A DNA stretch of 64,000 nucleotides. It comes from Candidatus Omnitrophota bacterium. GTDB taxonomy: Bacteria > Omnitrophota > Gorgyraeia > Zapsychrales > Zapsychraceae. The notes beneath the pieces are model-generated. The model searched no databases, was not told where the DNA came from, and was given only the letters and a program-made list of their open reading frames with translations. The stretch spans positions 324,876 through 388,875 of the forward strand of contig JAJDCB010000030.1 of NCBI GenBank assembly GCA_029261065.1, written 5' to 3'. Positions 17,088-26,526 of this stretch are shown in pieces; positions within the stretch are counted from its first letter, which is position 1; every line of letters starts with the position of its first letter. A program made the translations under genes and the position numbers.

Positions 17088-17695
17088 GAGAAGCCATAAG
17101 AGAGAGTCGGTCTAGTTTAAAGAGTTTATTAGATAAAATTGAAGCAAGTGATGTTAGTGGAGGATTGTTATTTGAAGAGGCTGTTGAGTGCGCTGTTAAT
17201 ATTATCTTAGATTGCAAAAAATCGAACGGTAAGCTCATGGTGATCGGCAATGGAGGAAGTGCCGCTATTGCCAGTCATATCGCTACTGACTTTTGGAAAA
17301 ATGCTAAGGTCAAAGCGATGGCTTTTAATGACAGCGTGCACTTAACGTGTGTGAGTAACGATAATGGGTATGAACAAGTCTTTGAATATGGTGTTAACAC
17401 GTTTGGGGAATCAGAAGATGTGTTAATCGCCATTAGTAGTTCGGGACAATCTCCTAATATTTTAAGAGCAGCACAGGCCGCCCGCGATAAAGGAATAAAG
17501 GTCATCACATTATCAGGCTTTAAACAAGACAATATGTTGCGCGCTTTAGGTGATGTGAATTTTTATGTACCAGCATCTCATTATGGGTATGTAGAGGTTA
17601 TTCATCACTCTATTTGTCATAGTTTTATCGATATAACTATTCAACAAAATAATAAAACCAAGAATCAATCATCATTGGAAAGTGAAATTGTATGA
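17084..17695 (+). CDS. gmhA: sedoheptulose-7-phosphate isomerase (SIS domain)
   Basis: GmhA motifs VIGNGGSAAIASH and SSSGQSPNIL. ATGA overlap with the upstream gene. Confidence 0.8.
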   Translation: MREAIRESRSSLKSLLDKIEASDVSGGLLFEEAVECAVNIILDCKKSNGKLMVIGNGGSAAIASHIATDFWKNAKVKAMAFNDSVHLTCVSNDNGYEQVFEYGVNTFGESEDVLIAISSSGQSPNILRAAQAARDKGIKVITLSGFKQDNMLRALGDVNFYVPASHYGYVEVIHHSICHSFIDITIQQNNKTKNQSSLESEIV

Positions 17696-18690
17696 AAGAA
17701 ATAAAGACAGTACTTGTTACAGGGGGTGCCGGTTATGTTGGCGCTGTTTTAGTTCCAAAGTTGTTAAATGAAGGGTATCACGTCAGAGTGCTTGATTTGT
17801 ATTTGTATGGGGCCGATGTTTTTGATGGTATTGCAGATAAAACAAATTTAGAAGAAATAAAAGGGGATATTAGAGATCAAGAGTTGCTTAAAAAATCTTT
17901 GCAAGGATGTGATGCCGTTATTCATTTGGCATGCATTTCTAATGATCCAAGTTTTGAATTAAATCCAGAATTAGGCAAGTCTATTAATCTTGATGCCTTT
18001 AAACCGTTAGTGGATATATCAAAGGCCGCGGGTGTTGAGCGTTTTATTTATGCTTCAAGTTCCAGTGTTTATGGCATCAAAGAAGACCCTGAAGTAAGTG
18101 AAGATTTGCCTCTTGATCCGTTAACGGACTATTCCAAATTTAAAGCAGATTGTGAAACCATTCTTCTTGATGCGGCGAGTGATGATTTTACCGTTAATGT
18201 TTTACGACCAGCAACGGTTTGCGGTTATTCTCCTCGGTTAAGGTTAGATTTAACTGTTAACATTTTAACGAATCACGCGATCAATAAAGGTGAGATTACA
18301 GTTTTCGGAGGAGAGCAGCTTCGTCCTAATGTGCATATTGAAGATATCACCACGTTGTATGTTCAGTTGTTAACCTTGCCACATGAGAAGATTCATAAAA
18401 AAATTTTTAATGCGGGTTATGAAAATCATAAGGTTAAAGATATTGCCAATATGGTTAAGGCAACCTTAACACAAAACGTAGAGGTTAAGACGATTCCCTC
18501 AGATGATCATCGTTCCTATCATGTATCATCGAAAAAAATAAAAGAAGAAATTGGTTTTGAGCCAACGCACACCATCGAAGATGCGATTGCAGATATCAAA
18601 CAAGCTTTTGAAGAGAGTAAGGTTCCAAATCCCATGGAAGATAGCAAGTATTACAACGTCAAACGTATGAAGGAAGTTGATCTTAAATGA
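17692..18690 (+). CDS. NAD-dependent nucleotide-sugar epimerase/dehydratase (extended SDR), possibly a heptose-modifying enzyme
   Basis: TGGAGYVG Rossmann motif and YSKFK (YxxxK). Confidence 0.65.
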   Translation: MKEIKTVLVTGGAGYVGAVLVPKLLNEGYHVRVLDLYLYGADVFDGIADKTNLEEIKGDIRDQELLKKSLQGCDAVIHLACISNDPSFELNPELGKSINLDAFKPLVDISKAAGVERFIYASSSSVYGIKEDPEVSEDLPLDPLTDYSKFKADCETILLDAASDDFTVNVLRPATVCGYSPRLRLDLTVNILTNHAINKGEITVFGGEQLRPNVHIEDITTLYVQLLTLPHEKIHKKIFNAGYENHKVKDIANMVKATLTQNVEVKTIPSDDHRSYHVSSKKIKEEIGFEPTHTIEDAIADIKQAFEESKVPNPMEDSKYYNVKRMKEVDLK

Positions 18691-19316
18691 TTCAAACCGA
18701 GACGTCTATTTTTGGGATTGATTTTGATAACACCATTGTTTGTTACGATGAGGTGATTCATCGTAAGGCTGTTGAATGGGGTTTGATTGATGTTAATTTC
18801 TCAAAAAATAAAAAGTTGATACGTGATGCTATTCGTCAATTAGAAGATGGTGAGATGACTTGGCAGAAATTACAGGCTTATATTTATGGAGAGGGAATGG
18901 GCGAGGCGCGTTTGATTGACGAGGCGGCAACCTTCATTAAGAGTTGTCTGAAAAGTGATATTGATGTTTTTATTGTCAGTCACAAAACAGAATTTGCCAA
19001 TATGATCCCTAATGGCATCAATTTAAGAGAGCAGGCCTTAAACTGGATGGCGGAGAAGAATTTCTTCAAGCAAGAGGGTTTAGGCTTAAAAGAAAACCAA
19101 GTGTATTTTGAGTCAACGCGAGCGGGAAAATGTCAGAGGATCAAGGACCTTAACTGTACGCATTTTGTGGATGATTTGTTAGAGACATTTGAAGAGCCGT
19201 CTTTTCCAAAAGACGTTACAAAAATTTTATATGCCCCGGATTTAGAAAAGAAAGAGAGTCAGGCCATGACAGTTTTTAACCAATGGAAGGATATTAATGA
19301 GTGCTACTTTAGTTGA
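18687..19316 (+). CDS. HAD-superfamily phosphatase (candidate heptose bisphosphate phosphatase)
   Basis: DFDNT (DxDxT) motif I near the N-terminus. ATGA overlap. Heptose-gene context. Confidence 0.4.
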   Translation: MIQTETSIFGIDFDNTIVCYDEVIHRKAVEWGLIDVNFSKNKKLIRDAIRQLEDGEMTWQKLQAYIYGEGMGEARLIDEAATFIKSCLKSDIDVFIVSHKTEFANMIPNGINLREQALNWMAEKNFFKQEGLGLKENQVYFESTRAGKCQRIKDLNCTHFVDDLLETFEEPSFPKDVTKILYAPDLEKKESQAMTVFNQWKDINECYFS

Positions 19317-20370
19317 TACGGAACAAATTCCTTTAAATGAAGTGTTAACGATCGTCTCTGCGATGACGAAGAAGGCTATCGATCAAGTCCAACCGTTGAC
19401 AGGGGGGAAAAATAGTCGGGTTTTTAAATTAACAACATCCGATAATAAGAATTACGCTGCAAAATTTTATTTTCGAGATTCGTCAGATAAAAGAGATCGA
19501 TTGAATAATGAATATGGATCATTAGAAAAATTAGCAAAATATCAGGTTAAACACATTCCGCAACCGATTGCGATTTCAAAAGAACATTCGTGTGCGATTT
19601 ATTCGTTTCTTGAAGGTTCTGCAAAAAGAGATATCAAGAAAAAAGATATCGATGCTGCTATTAAGTTTATGACGCAGTTGAAGACAGTGCGAAAAAAATG
19701 TCAAGCGAATGATTTTATTGTGGCCTCTGAAGCGCATTTCTCTATGGTTGAAGTTTACAAACATGTTTATGACAGGCTTACAAAGTTGATGGCTATCGAG
19801 AATGATGAACCTATCTATAAAGACCTTTCTAATTTCTTAATCAGAGATTTATCACAAGTCTTTGTTCATCTACAAAGTTGGATGATAACGCAATGTGATA
19901 AAGAGGGCTTTGGTTTTTATGAACCTTTGGCCCAAGAAGACCGTATTCTTAGCCCATCAGACTTTGGATTTCATAATGCTCTATGTGATTCAAAAGGAGG
20001 GTGGACCTTTGTTGATTTTGAATATTTTGGATGGGATGATCCCGCCAAAATGATTTCAGATTTTCTCCTACATCCAGCGATGAATTTAACAGATGAGATG
20101 CGGCAATATTTTTTCCAAAAAGCGTGTGCATCTATGAAAACGGTTAACCCCAAAATAGCCAAACGTGTTGAGTTGATGTGTCCTTTGTTTGGGTTAAAGT
20201 GGTGTCTTATTTTTCTTAATGAATTTCTTCCCTCAGACTGTAATCGAAGGCATTTTGCAAATACCACATCCTTTGATGCCGATACGGTGCGTGAACTACA
20301 ACTAACAAAAGCAAAAGCGATGTTTAAACGCGTTTCAAACGTTTATAAAGAGTTTCCTTATCATGCCTAA
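19297..20370 (+). CDS. aminoglycoside/choline-kinase-like phosphotransferase (APH fold)
   Basis: Catalytic HN and DFE motifs (FGFHNALCD...FVDFEYFG). Confidence 0.55.
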   Translation: MSATLVDTEQIPLNEVLTIVSAMTKKAIDQVQPLTGGKNSRVFKLTTSDNKNYAAKFYFRDSSDKRDRLNNEYGSLEKLAKYQVKHIPQPIAISKEHSCAIYSFLEGSAKRDIKKKDIDAAIKFMTQLKTVRKKCQANDFIVASEAHFSMVEVYKHVYDRLTKLMAIENDEPIYKDLSNFLIRDLSQVFVHLQSWMITQCDKEGFGFYEPLAQEDRILSPSDFGFHNALCDSKGGWTFVDFEYFGWDDPAKMISDFLLHPAMNLTDEMRQYFFQKACASMKTVNPKIAKRVELMCPLFGLKWCLIFLNEFLPSDCNRRHFANTTSFDADTVRELQLTKAKAMFKRVSNVYKEFPYHA

Positions 20371-21193
20371 TCAAATATTAGACTACAAAACAAAACTAGA
20401 TGCGCGTTCAAAGTATCTTCGATCGCAGATTATTAAGGGACTCCGAGCTGGTCGTCGTGGGCATATTGGTGCTTCATTTTCATTAGTTGAAATTATGCGT
20501 GTGCTTTACGATGATATTTTAAAGTTTGATGCCACTAATCCTTCATGGAGTCAACGGGATCGTTGTATTTTAAGTAAAGGTCATGGGTGTTTGGCGTTGT
20601 ATGTGATGTTGGTTGATAAAGGGTTTATTCCAGAAGAAGAGCTTCTGAAGTTTTGTCAGGTTGACGGTATTTTAGGTGGGCATCCGGAACATAAAGTGGC
20701 TGGGGTTGAGGCCTCTACTGGAAGTTTGGGGCATGGATTATCGATTGGTTTGGGAATGGCGATCAATGCACGATACGAAAAAAATGGTGCGCGTGTGTTT
20801 GTTATTCTTGGAGATGGCGAAAGTAATGAAGGATCGGTTTGGGAGGCGGCGATGAGTGCAGGGAAAAATAAGCTAGAAAATTTGGTTGTCATGGTGGATT
20901 ACAACAAACATCAATCTTATGCCTCAACCTTTGAGGTTCAAGATTTAGAACCGTTTGCCGATAAGTGGCGCGCCTTTAACTTTGCAGTCAGTGAAGTCGA
21001 TGGTCATGATGTAAAGCAATTGAAAGAAGCGTTACAAAAACCTTCAAAAGAAGGAAAACCAACCGCTATTATTTGTCACACGGTTAAAGGCAAAGGGGTG
21101 CCTTACGCGGAAGGCAACATGCAATGGCATCATAAGAGTCGGATTTCAGATGAAGATATCAATTCCCTTTTAGAAGAAGTCGAGAAATATTAA
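20363..21193 (+). CDS. transketolase, N-terminal (ThDP-binding) subunit of a split transketolase
   Basis: GHxG and ThDP motif GDGESNEGSVWEA. Overlaps the upstream gene by 8 nt. Confidence 0.8.
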   Translation: MPNQILDYKTKLDARSKYLRSQIIKGLRAGRRGHIGASFSLVEIMRVLYDDILKFDATNPSWSQRDRCILSKGHGCLALYVMLVDKGFIPEEELLKFCQVDGILGGHPEHKVAGVEASTGSLGHGLSIGLGMAINARYEKNGARVFVILGDGESNEGSVWEAAMSAGKNKLENLVVMVDYNKHQSYASTFEVQDLEPFADKWRAFNFAVSEVDGHDVKQLKEALQKPSKEGKPTAIICHTVKGKGVPYAEGNMQWHHKSRISDEDINSLLEEVEKY

Positions 21194-21194
21194 T

Positions 21195-22139
21195 ATGCGA
21201 AAAACAGCTCTTAACTGTGTTTATGAATTAGCGAAATCTAACCCGGATATCTTTTTTATCGGATCTGATTTAGGCGTTGATACCTTAAAAGCATTTAAAG
21301 AAGAGATGCCTGAGCGTTTTTTGATGGAGGGGGTGAGTGAAGCCAATGTTGTTGGCATGGCTGCCGGTCTTGCTCTTGAGGGAAAGACGGTTTATGTCAA
21401 TACCATCGCAACGTTTTTAACCCGTCGTTGTTTTGAACAGGTTGTTTTGGATTTGGGGTTACATAATGTTAAGGTTCGCTTGATTGGAAATGGCGGCGGT
21501 GTTGTTTATGCCCCGTTAGGCCCAACACATTTAGCGATTGATGATATTGCTATCATGAGAGCCATTCCTAATGTGACCATTGTTGCCTGCGCGGATGCCG
21601 TTGAGATGAAGAAGTTGATTGTCCAAACCGTTGATTATCCAGGTCCTATGTACATTCGTTTAGCTAAAGGGCATGATCCTTTGGTGACGCAAGAAGAGAC
21701 TCCGTTTGAAATTGGTAAAGCGATTCGTATGAAGAGGGGAGATGATGGATTGATTTTAACAACGGGCATTACATTACGAACAGCTCTTGAGGCGATAAAA
21801 ACATTAGAAGTTCAAGGATTAGATGTGGGTATTGTACATGTCCCGACGATCAAACCGTTGGATACAGATTTTATTCGTACTCAAATTGATGCTGTCCCAT
21901 TAGTAGTCAGTGTCGAGGAGCACACCATTATGGGTGGATTAGGAAGCGCGATTGCTGAGTTGATTGCCGAATCAACGTTTGAAGCACCAAAAGGATTTAA
22001 ACGTATTGGTATTCCAGATATTTTTCCAGATCAATATGGGTCACAAGATAGTTTGATGGAGAGGTGCGGGGTATCTGCTGGAGCTATTGTTGCTGCGATT
22101 TGGGAAATCAGTAAGAAGTATGTAGTAAGTAGTAGGTAG
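21195..22139 (+). CDS. transketolase, C-terminal (pyrimidine-binding) subunit
   Basis: Transketolase pyrimidine-domain blocks. Starts 1 nt after the upstream stop. Confidence 0.8.
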   Translation: MRKTALNCVYELAKSNPDIFFIGSDLGVDTLKAFKEEMPERFLMEGVSEANVVGMAAGLALEGKTVYVNTIATFLTRRCFEQVVLDLGLHNVKVRLIGNGGGVVYAPLGPTHLAIDDIAIMRAIPNVTIVACADAVEMKKLIVQTVDYPGPMYIRLAKGHDPLVTQEETPFEIGKAIRMKRGDDGLILTTGITLRTALEAIKTLEVQGLDVGIVHVPTIKPLDTDFIRTQIDAVPLVVSVEEHTIMGGLGSAIAELIAESTFEAPKGFKRIGIPDIFPDQYGSQDSLMERCGVSAGAIVAAIWEISKKYVVSSR

Positions 22140-22251
22140 AAAGATAAAAGAGAATTAAGTAAGGAGTAAGTCGTAGGTGGTAGGTAGAAATGTGTTTTTG
22201 TTTTCTACTTACAACATACAACTTACTACCTACCGAACTAAAGGAGCAAGC

Positions 22252-22914
22252 ATGAGTCAACTATGTAACATCGTCACCCCATTACACCAACGGACATCAA
22301 GAAAATATATTGATCGGATGGTCGATGAAAAAGTTCAGTGTATGTATAAAGCGAAAGAATACGAGTTTGACTATTGGGATGGGGATAGAAGATTTGGGTA
22401 TGGCGGTTATAAATATGATGGGCGATGGAAAGAGGTTGCTGAACGTTTTATTGAACGTTATCAATTAAAGAGTGATGCCAAGATTTTGGATATTGGTTGC
22501 GGGAAGGCTCATTTGTTACATGAATTAAAAGAGTTGTTACCTGATGCTGAAGTTGTCGGGTTTGACATCTCCGACCATGGTATTAGTGATGCTCCAAAAG
22601 AGATTCGTGAGAATCTTTTTCGATATCGTGCTCAAGATAAATATCCTTGGGGTGATAAGCATTTTGATTTGGTTTTATCGTTAGGGTGCTTTCATAATCT
22701 ACGGATTTTCGAATTGGAATCCGCAGTTAAAGAAATGGAACGTGTCGGTAAAAATAAATACATTATGTTAGAAAGTTACCGCAACGAACTCGAACTCTTT
22801 AACCTCCAGTGCTGGGCCTTAACCTGCGAATCTTTTTTTGATACCGCAGAATGGATTTGGTTGTATCGGCATTTTGGGTATACGGGGGATTATGAGTTTA
22901 TTTATTTTGAATAA
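22252..22914 (+). CDS. class I SAM-dependent methyltransferase
   Basis: Motif I ILDIGCGKAHLL. RBS AAGGAG. The longer ORF start was rejected. Confidence 0.7.
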   Translation: MSQLCNIVTPLHQRTSRKYIDRMVDEKVQCMYKAKEYEFDYWDGDRRFGYGGYKYDGRWKEVAERFIERYQLKSDAKILDIGCGKAHLLHELKELLPDAEVVGFDISDHGISDAPKEIRENLFRYRAQDKYPWGDKHFDLVLSLGCFHNLRIFELESAVKEMERVGKNKYIMLESYRNELELFNLQCWALTCESFFDTAEWIWLYRHFGYTGDYEFIYFE

Positions 22915-22917
22915 CAG

Positions 22918-22991
22918 CTGTCATTCCCGCGGAAGCGGGGATCTGTACGGGATGACATTTGCGTGTGTCATTCCTGCGAAAGCGGAAAACC
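22918..22991. repeat. dRS3-like units (TGTCATTCCCGCGGAAGCGGGGATC and TGTCATTCCTGCGAAAGCGGAAAAC)
   Basis: Seen directly. Confidence 0.7.
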
Positions 22992-23022
22992 GTGCGGGTC
23001 GATTAATAGAGGAGAATAAAAT

Positions 23023-23325
23023 ATGATGACTAAAGATGATGTTGTTAAAATTCTTCGAGAAGAACAACCTTACTTAAAAAAAGAATTTGGTATAAAGAGA
23101 ATGGCTATATTTGGTTCTTTTGCGAAAAATACAGCCTCGGAATTAAGTGATGTTGATATTTTTATTGAATTTGATGGACGGTTAGGACTTAGATTCATGG
23201 AATTGGTTGAATATTTAGAAAAAAAACTAAATAGAGAGGTAGACATTCTGACACCAGGCGGTATGGAAGGAATTCGGGTAAAGAAAGTTGTTGAAGAAAT
23301 TCAAAGGAGTTTGTTAGATGTCTAA
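23023..23325 (+). CDS. MNT-type nucleotidyltransferase antitoxin
   Basis: GSFAKNTASELSDVDIFIEF nucleotidyltransferase motif (GS-x9-DxD). Confidence 0.7.
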   Translation: MMTKDDVVKILREEQPYLKKEFGIKRMAIFGSFAKNTASELSDVDIFIEFDGRLGLRFMELVEYLEKKLNREVDILTPGGMEGIRVKKVVEEIQRSLLDV

Positions 23326-23665
23326 ACGAGGAGATATTGAATTATTGAGCGATATTCAAGAGGCTATTAAAAGGATTTTTGAATATCGAGGACATATGAG
23401 TTACGAGCAGTTTATGGAAGATTTGAAAACTCAAGATGCGATTGTTAGAAATATGGAAATTGTTGGTGAGGCTGTGAAAGGTTTATCTGATGAGCTAAAA
23501 GGAAAATATCCACAAGTTTCTTGGAGTGAGTTAGCAAAAGTAAGAGATAAATTGATTCACCATTATTTTGGTGTAAATTATGACATTGTAATTGAAATCA
23601 TTGATGAAAATTTACCTAAAGTTCAACAGCATATTGAAGAAATTTCGGGTCAGATGTCAGGGTAG
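23318..23665 (+). CDS. HepT-type (DUF86) RNase toxin
   Basis: R-x4-H-x-Y motif (RDKLIHHY). 8-nt overlap with the MNT gene. Confidence 0.7.
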   Translation: MSKRGDIELLSDIQEAIKRIFEYRGHMSYEQFMEDLKTQDAIVRNMEIVGEAVKGLSDELKGKYPQVSWSELAKVRDKLIHHYFGVNYDIVIEIIDENLPKVQQHIEEISGQMSG

Positions 23666-23684
23666 TACTTGGTTTGTCATTTTA

Positions 23685-23790
23685 TCCCGAATTGTCATTC
23701 CCGTGAAAGCGGGAATCTATACGGAGCGATTAATATATTTTAGTTCATAGTTTTACTATTTTGAGGTTCCCGCTTTCGCGGGAATGACAA
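23685..23790. repeat. dRS3-like units (TGTCATTCCCGTGAAAGCGGGAATC and inverted GGTTCCCGCTTTCGCGGGAATGACA)
   Basis: Seen directly. Confidence 0.7.
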
Positions 23791-23823
23791 TATTATTAGT
23801 TAACAATTATTGAGAGATATCCC

Positions 23824-24915
23824 ATGCCAAGCCAAACACAGGAACAAGATCAGCAAGTAGATGCCAGCAAGACAAAAACTTCAAAAGCCGCAATTCTCGT
23901 CGAGCTAAACAAACCCCTAGAAATCGCCGAGATCGAATTACCAGAGCAACTTTTTTTTGGACAAGTACGCGTTAAGGTGAAGTACAGCGGCATTTGTGGC
24001 GCGCAGATTAATGAGATTGAGGGGGCGAAGGGGCCGGATAAATTTTTACCGCATTTGTTAGGGCATGAAGGATCCGGTGTGGTTGAAGAAGTTGGTCCGG
24101 GTGTTAAGACTGTCAAAGTTGGTGATCATGTGGTGTTGCATTGGCGTCCGAGTGATGGGTTGCAATGTGAGCCGCCGAATTATTCTTGGAATGGTAAAAA
24201 AGTTAATGCTGGTTGGGTGACCACGTTTAATGAGCGTGCGATTATTTCTGAAAATCGTTTAACAGTGATTCCAAAAGATTTTGATATGCGTATAGCTCCT
24301 CTGTTTGGATGTGCGGTGACAACAGCTGTGGGTGTTATCAATAATGATGCGCAGGTAAAAATGGGGCAATCGGTTGTTGTCTTTGGAGTAGGTGGTGTGG
24401 GTTTAAATATTGTTCAAGCCGCTGAGTTAGCATCAGCAACGCCTATCATTGCCATTGATTTAGTGGAATCTAAATTGACGATGGCGAGAAAGTTGGGTGC
24501 AACTCATAGTTTTCAATCCCAGAAGGTGGATGATTTAAAACAAGCGATTCGAGACATTGTAGGGGAAAAAGGACCAGATGTCATTATTGAAACAACAGGC
24601 AACGCGAGTGTGATTGAAATGGCGTATGAACTGACACACCCGGATGGTAAAACAATTCTTGTTGGTGTTCCTCGAAAAGGTGACAACATCTCTATTTATT
24701 CGTTACCGCTTCATTTTAAGAAAGTATTAACAGGTTCCCACGGTGGCAGCTGTGAACCTCATATTGATATTCCGCGATTAATCCGATTAAAGGAAAGCGG
24801 AAAGCTTAAATTAGATGAGCTGATCACTCATGAATTTAAATTGGAAGAAATTAATAAGGCATTAGAGGTATTAAAATCAGGTGATTCTGGCCGGATTATT
24901 ATTTCGATGGAATAA
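23824..24915 (+). CDS. zinc-dependent medium-chain alcohol dehydrogenase (class III ADH-like)
   Basis: GHEGSG(V) zinc-ligand motif and GxGxxG NAD fold (VFGVGGVGL). Confidence 0.75.
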   Translation: MPSQTQEQDQQVDASKTKTSKAAILVELNKPLEIAEIELPEQLFFGQVRVKVKYSGICGAQINEIEGAKGPDKFLPHLLGHEGSGVVEEVGPGVKTVKVGDHVVLHWRPSDGLQCEPPNYSWNGKKVNAGWVTTFNERAIISENRLTVIPKDFDMRIAPLFGCAVTTAVGVINNDAQVKMGQSVVVFGVGGVGLNIVQAAELASATPIIAIDLVESKLTMARKLGATHSFQSQKVDDLKQAIRDIVGEKGPDVIIETTGNASVIEMAYELTHPDGKTILVGVPRKGDNISIYSLPLHFKKVLTGSHGGSCEPHIDIPRLIRLKESGKLKLDELITHEFKLEEINKALEVLKSGDSGRIIISME

Positions 24916-24917
24916 AC

Positions 24918-25823
24918 ATGAGTTTAAGGACAATTTTTACTTTTTTGGTTTTGTTTGTGTGTGTTTCTACGTTCTTTGACATAAAAGTGGAAGGCGCGGT
25001 TGAACGTATTGAGTTGGATTATAAATTTACAACCAATACGGTAACAGAGTTTTATTTGTTGTCTCACTTTCTTGATGGAAAGGAAACGATTCGCTTAGGA
25101 GATCAGATTTATGGAGTTGAGAAATCTACCAACGAATTTTTTGTGGACTACTACCTTGATACACCTGATTTGAGTTTGTTAAAAGATGATACATCGTTGC
25201 GGATGCGATCAAGGTTTATTAATGGGCAGTTAAGTAAGAGACTCATTCAATTTAAAACACCAATTAAAGATAATGCAGATGCAAGGTTTGAACATAAGTT
25301 AAAAATTCCTAAAAGTACAGAATTTCAATCCATTACAGATGTTGTTAATTTTCTACAATTACCCACGCATACAAAGAATCGTGTTGTCAGTGAATTGTCT
25401 GACAGCATTAATCTTGCTTCATTACGGGAAGTCGTTGAGATTAATCAGATTAGAACACGGTACTATTTAACCAATGCTAAAGGCAAACCGTTTTATACCA
25501 TTACATTTGATGAGTCGTATGCCAGAAAGGGAATGGATATCATTCCTTTCTTTGAGATAGAATTTGAAATTAATGAAAAGAGAATGGGGCAAGCAAAAGA
25601 GGATGAAGCTAGCGTTTTATTAACTCAGATTCAAGAATTAATTCAAAAAGCCAAATCAACACAAATTTCTATGCATTCGAATAATATTTCGAAGTATAAG
25701 CGTGCCATCAATTCGCTTGGCATTGATACAACGCAAACGAAGGGTATAACGTTTTCATTTGTGTTGGTGATCATAGCTGGTATTTTGATCGGTTTTTATT
25801 TGTTAAAGGAGAGAAAATCATGA
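24918..25823 (+). CDS. CYTH/triphosphate-tunnel-metalloenzyme-like domain protein with N-terminal signal and C-terminal TM anchor
   Basis: N-terminal ELDYK (ExDxK-like), RMRSR (RxR), and C-terminal FEIEFEI (ExExE) strands arranged as in the CYTH fold. C-terminal TM helix. Confidence 0.4.
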   Translation: MSLRTIFTFLVLFVCVSTFFDIKVEGAVERIELDYKFTTNTVTEFYLLSHFLDGKETIRLGDQIYGVEKSTNEFFVDYYLDTPDLSLLKDDTSLRMRSRFINGQLSKRLIQFKTPIKDNADARFEHKLKIPKSTEFQSITDVVNFLQLPTHTKNRVVSELSDSINLASLREVVEINQIRTRYYLTNAKGKPFYTITFDESYARKGMDIIPFFEIEFEINEKRMGQAKEDEASVLLTQIQELIQKAKSTQISMHSNNISKYKRAINSLGIDTTQTKGITFSFVLVIIAGILIGFYLLKERKS

Positions 25824-26509
25824 CGTTACAACAGTTGCAAGACTACTTTACAACCCTTGCCCCTGATAGTGTTTTGGGATTTAGTGTTAATTTAGTGTTA
25901 GCGGCATTTTTAACAACGATTTTAAGTCGTTTTTACATTAAATACGGTCGATCTTATTCCGATCGCCATGTTTTAGCTAACAATTTTATTATCATCACCT
26001 TAACGACCATGATGGTTATTACTGTGATTAAGTCTTCATTAGCTTTGTCTCTGGGATTAGTGGGAGCTCTTTCGATTGTTCGTTTTCGAACAGCTATCAA
26101 GGAACCTGAGGAGTTGGCTTATTTATTTTTATGTATTGGTATTGGATTAGGTCTCGGGGCATCAGCCCGTCGAACAACATTTATTGTTTGTGGCATGATC
26201 TTTTGCATTATTTGGTATCGAGCGAACAAGCGAAAAGAAGTTACGTATCCTAATTTGTCTTTAATTGTTTCAAAGACGATTGGCAATGGGCAAAAGGCGG
26301 TATTAAAAGATTTGATTGAGATTATTAAAAAACATTGCAGCCGTGTGGATGTTATTAGGTTTGAAGAATCTCAAGAGCATCTTGAATCTTCCTTTCATAT
26401 TGAATGTGCTTCGTTTGATAGTGTTCAATTTATACGAGATGACATAAAAAAAGCAGATGATGCGATGCATATTACCTTTATCGATAATAGTGCGGGTAAG
26501 GTTCTTTAA
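25820..26509 (+). CDS. small polytopic membrane protein (DUF4956-like)
   Basis: 3-4 TM helices followed by a soluble C-terminal domain. ATGA overlap. Its position between CYTH/VTC and CotH-like genes is typical of DUF4956. Confidence 0.35.
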   Translation: MTLQQLQDYFTTLAPDSVLGFSVNLVLAAFLTTILSRFYIKYGRSYSDRHVLANNFIIITLTTMMVITVIKSSLALSLGLVGALSIVRFRTAIKEPEELAYLFLCIGIGLGLGASARRTTFIVCGMIFCIIWYRANKRKEVTYPNLSLIVSKTIGNGQKAVLKDLIEIIKKHCSRVDVIRFEESQEHLESSFHIECASFDSVQFIRDDIKKADDAMHITFIDNSAGKVL

Positions 26510-26526
26510 GGGTAGAGAATTCAAAT

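Noticed and set aside
20363-22139. Transketolase disrupted into two ORFs (pseudogene)
   Set aside because: A clean two-subunit arrangement with a 1-nt intergenic gap is a known natural split form in glycan loci.
2691-23790. Neisseria origin, suggested by the dRS3-like ATTCCC-N8-GGGAAT repeats
   Set aside because: The window is low-GC, has no GCCGTCTGAA uptake sequences, and the gene content resembles Legionellales-type LPS loci. Repeat similarity is probably convergent or family-level only.
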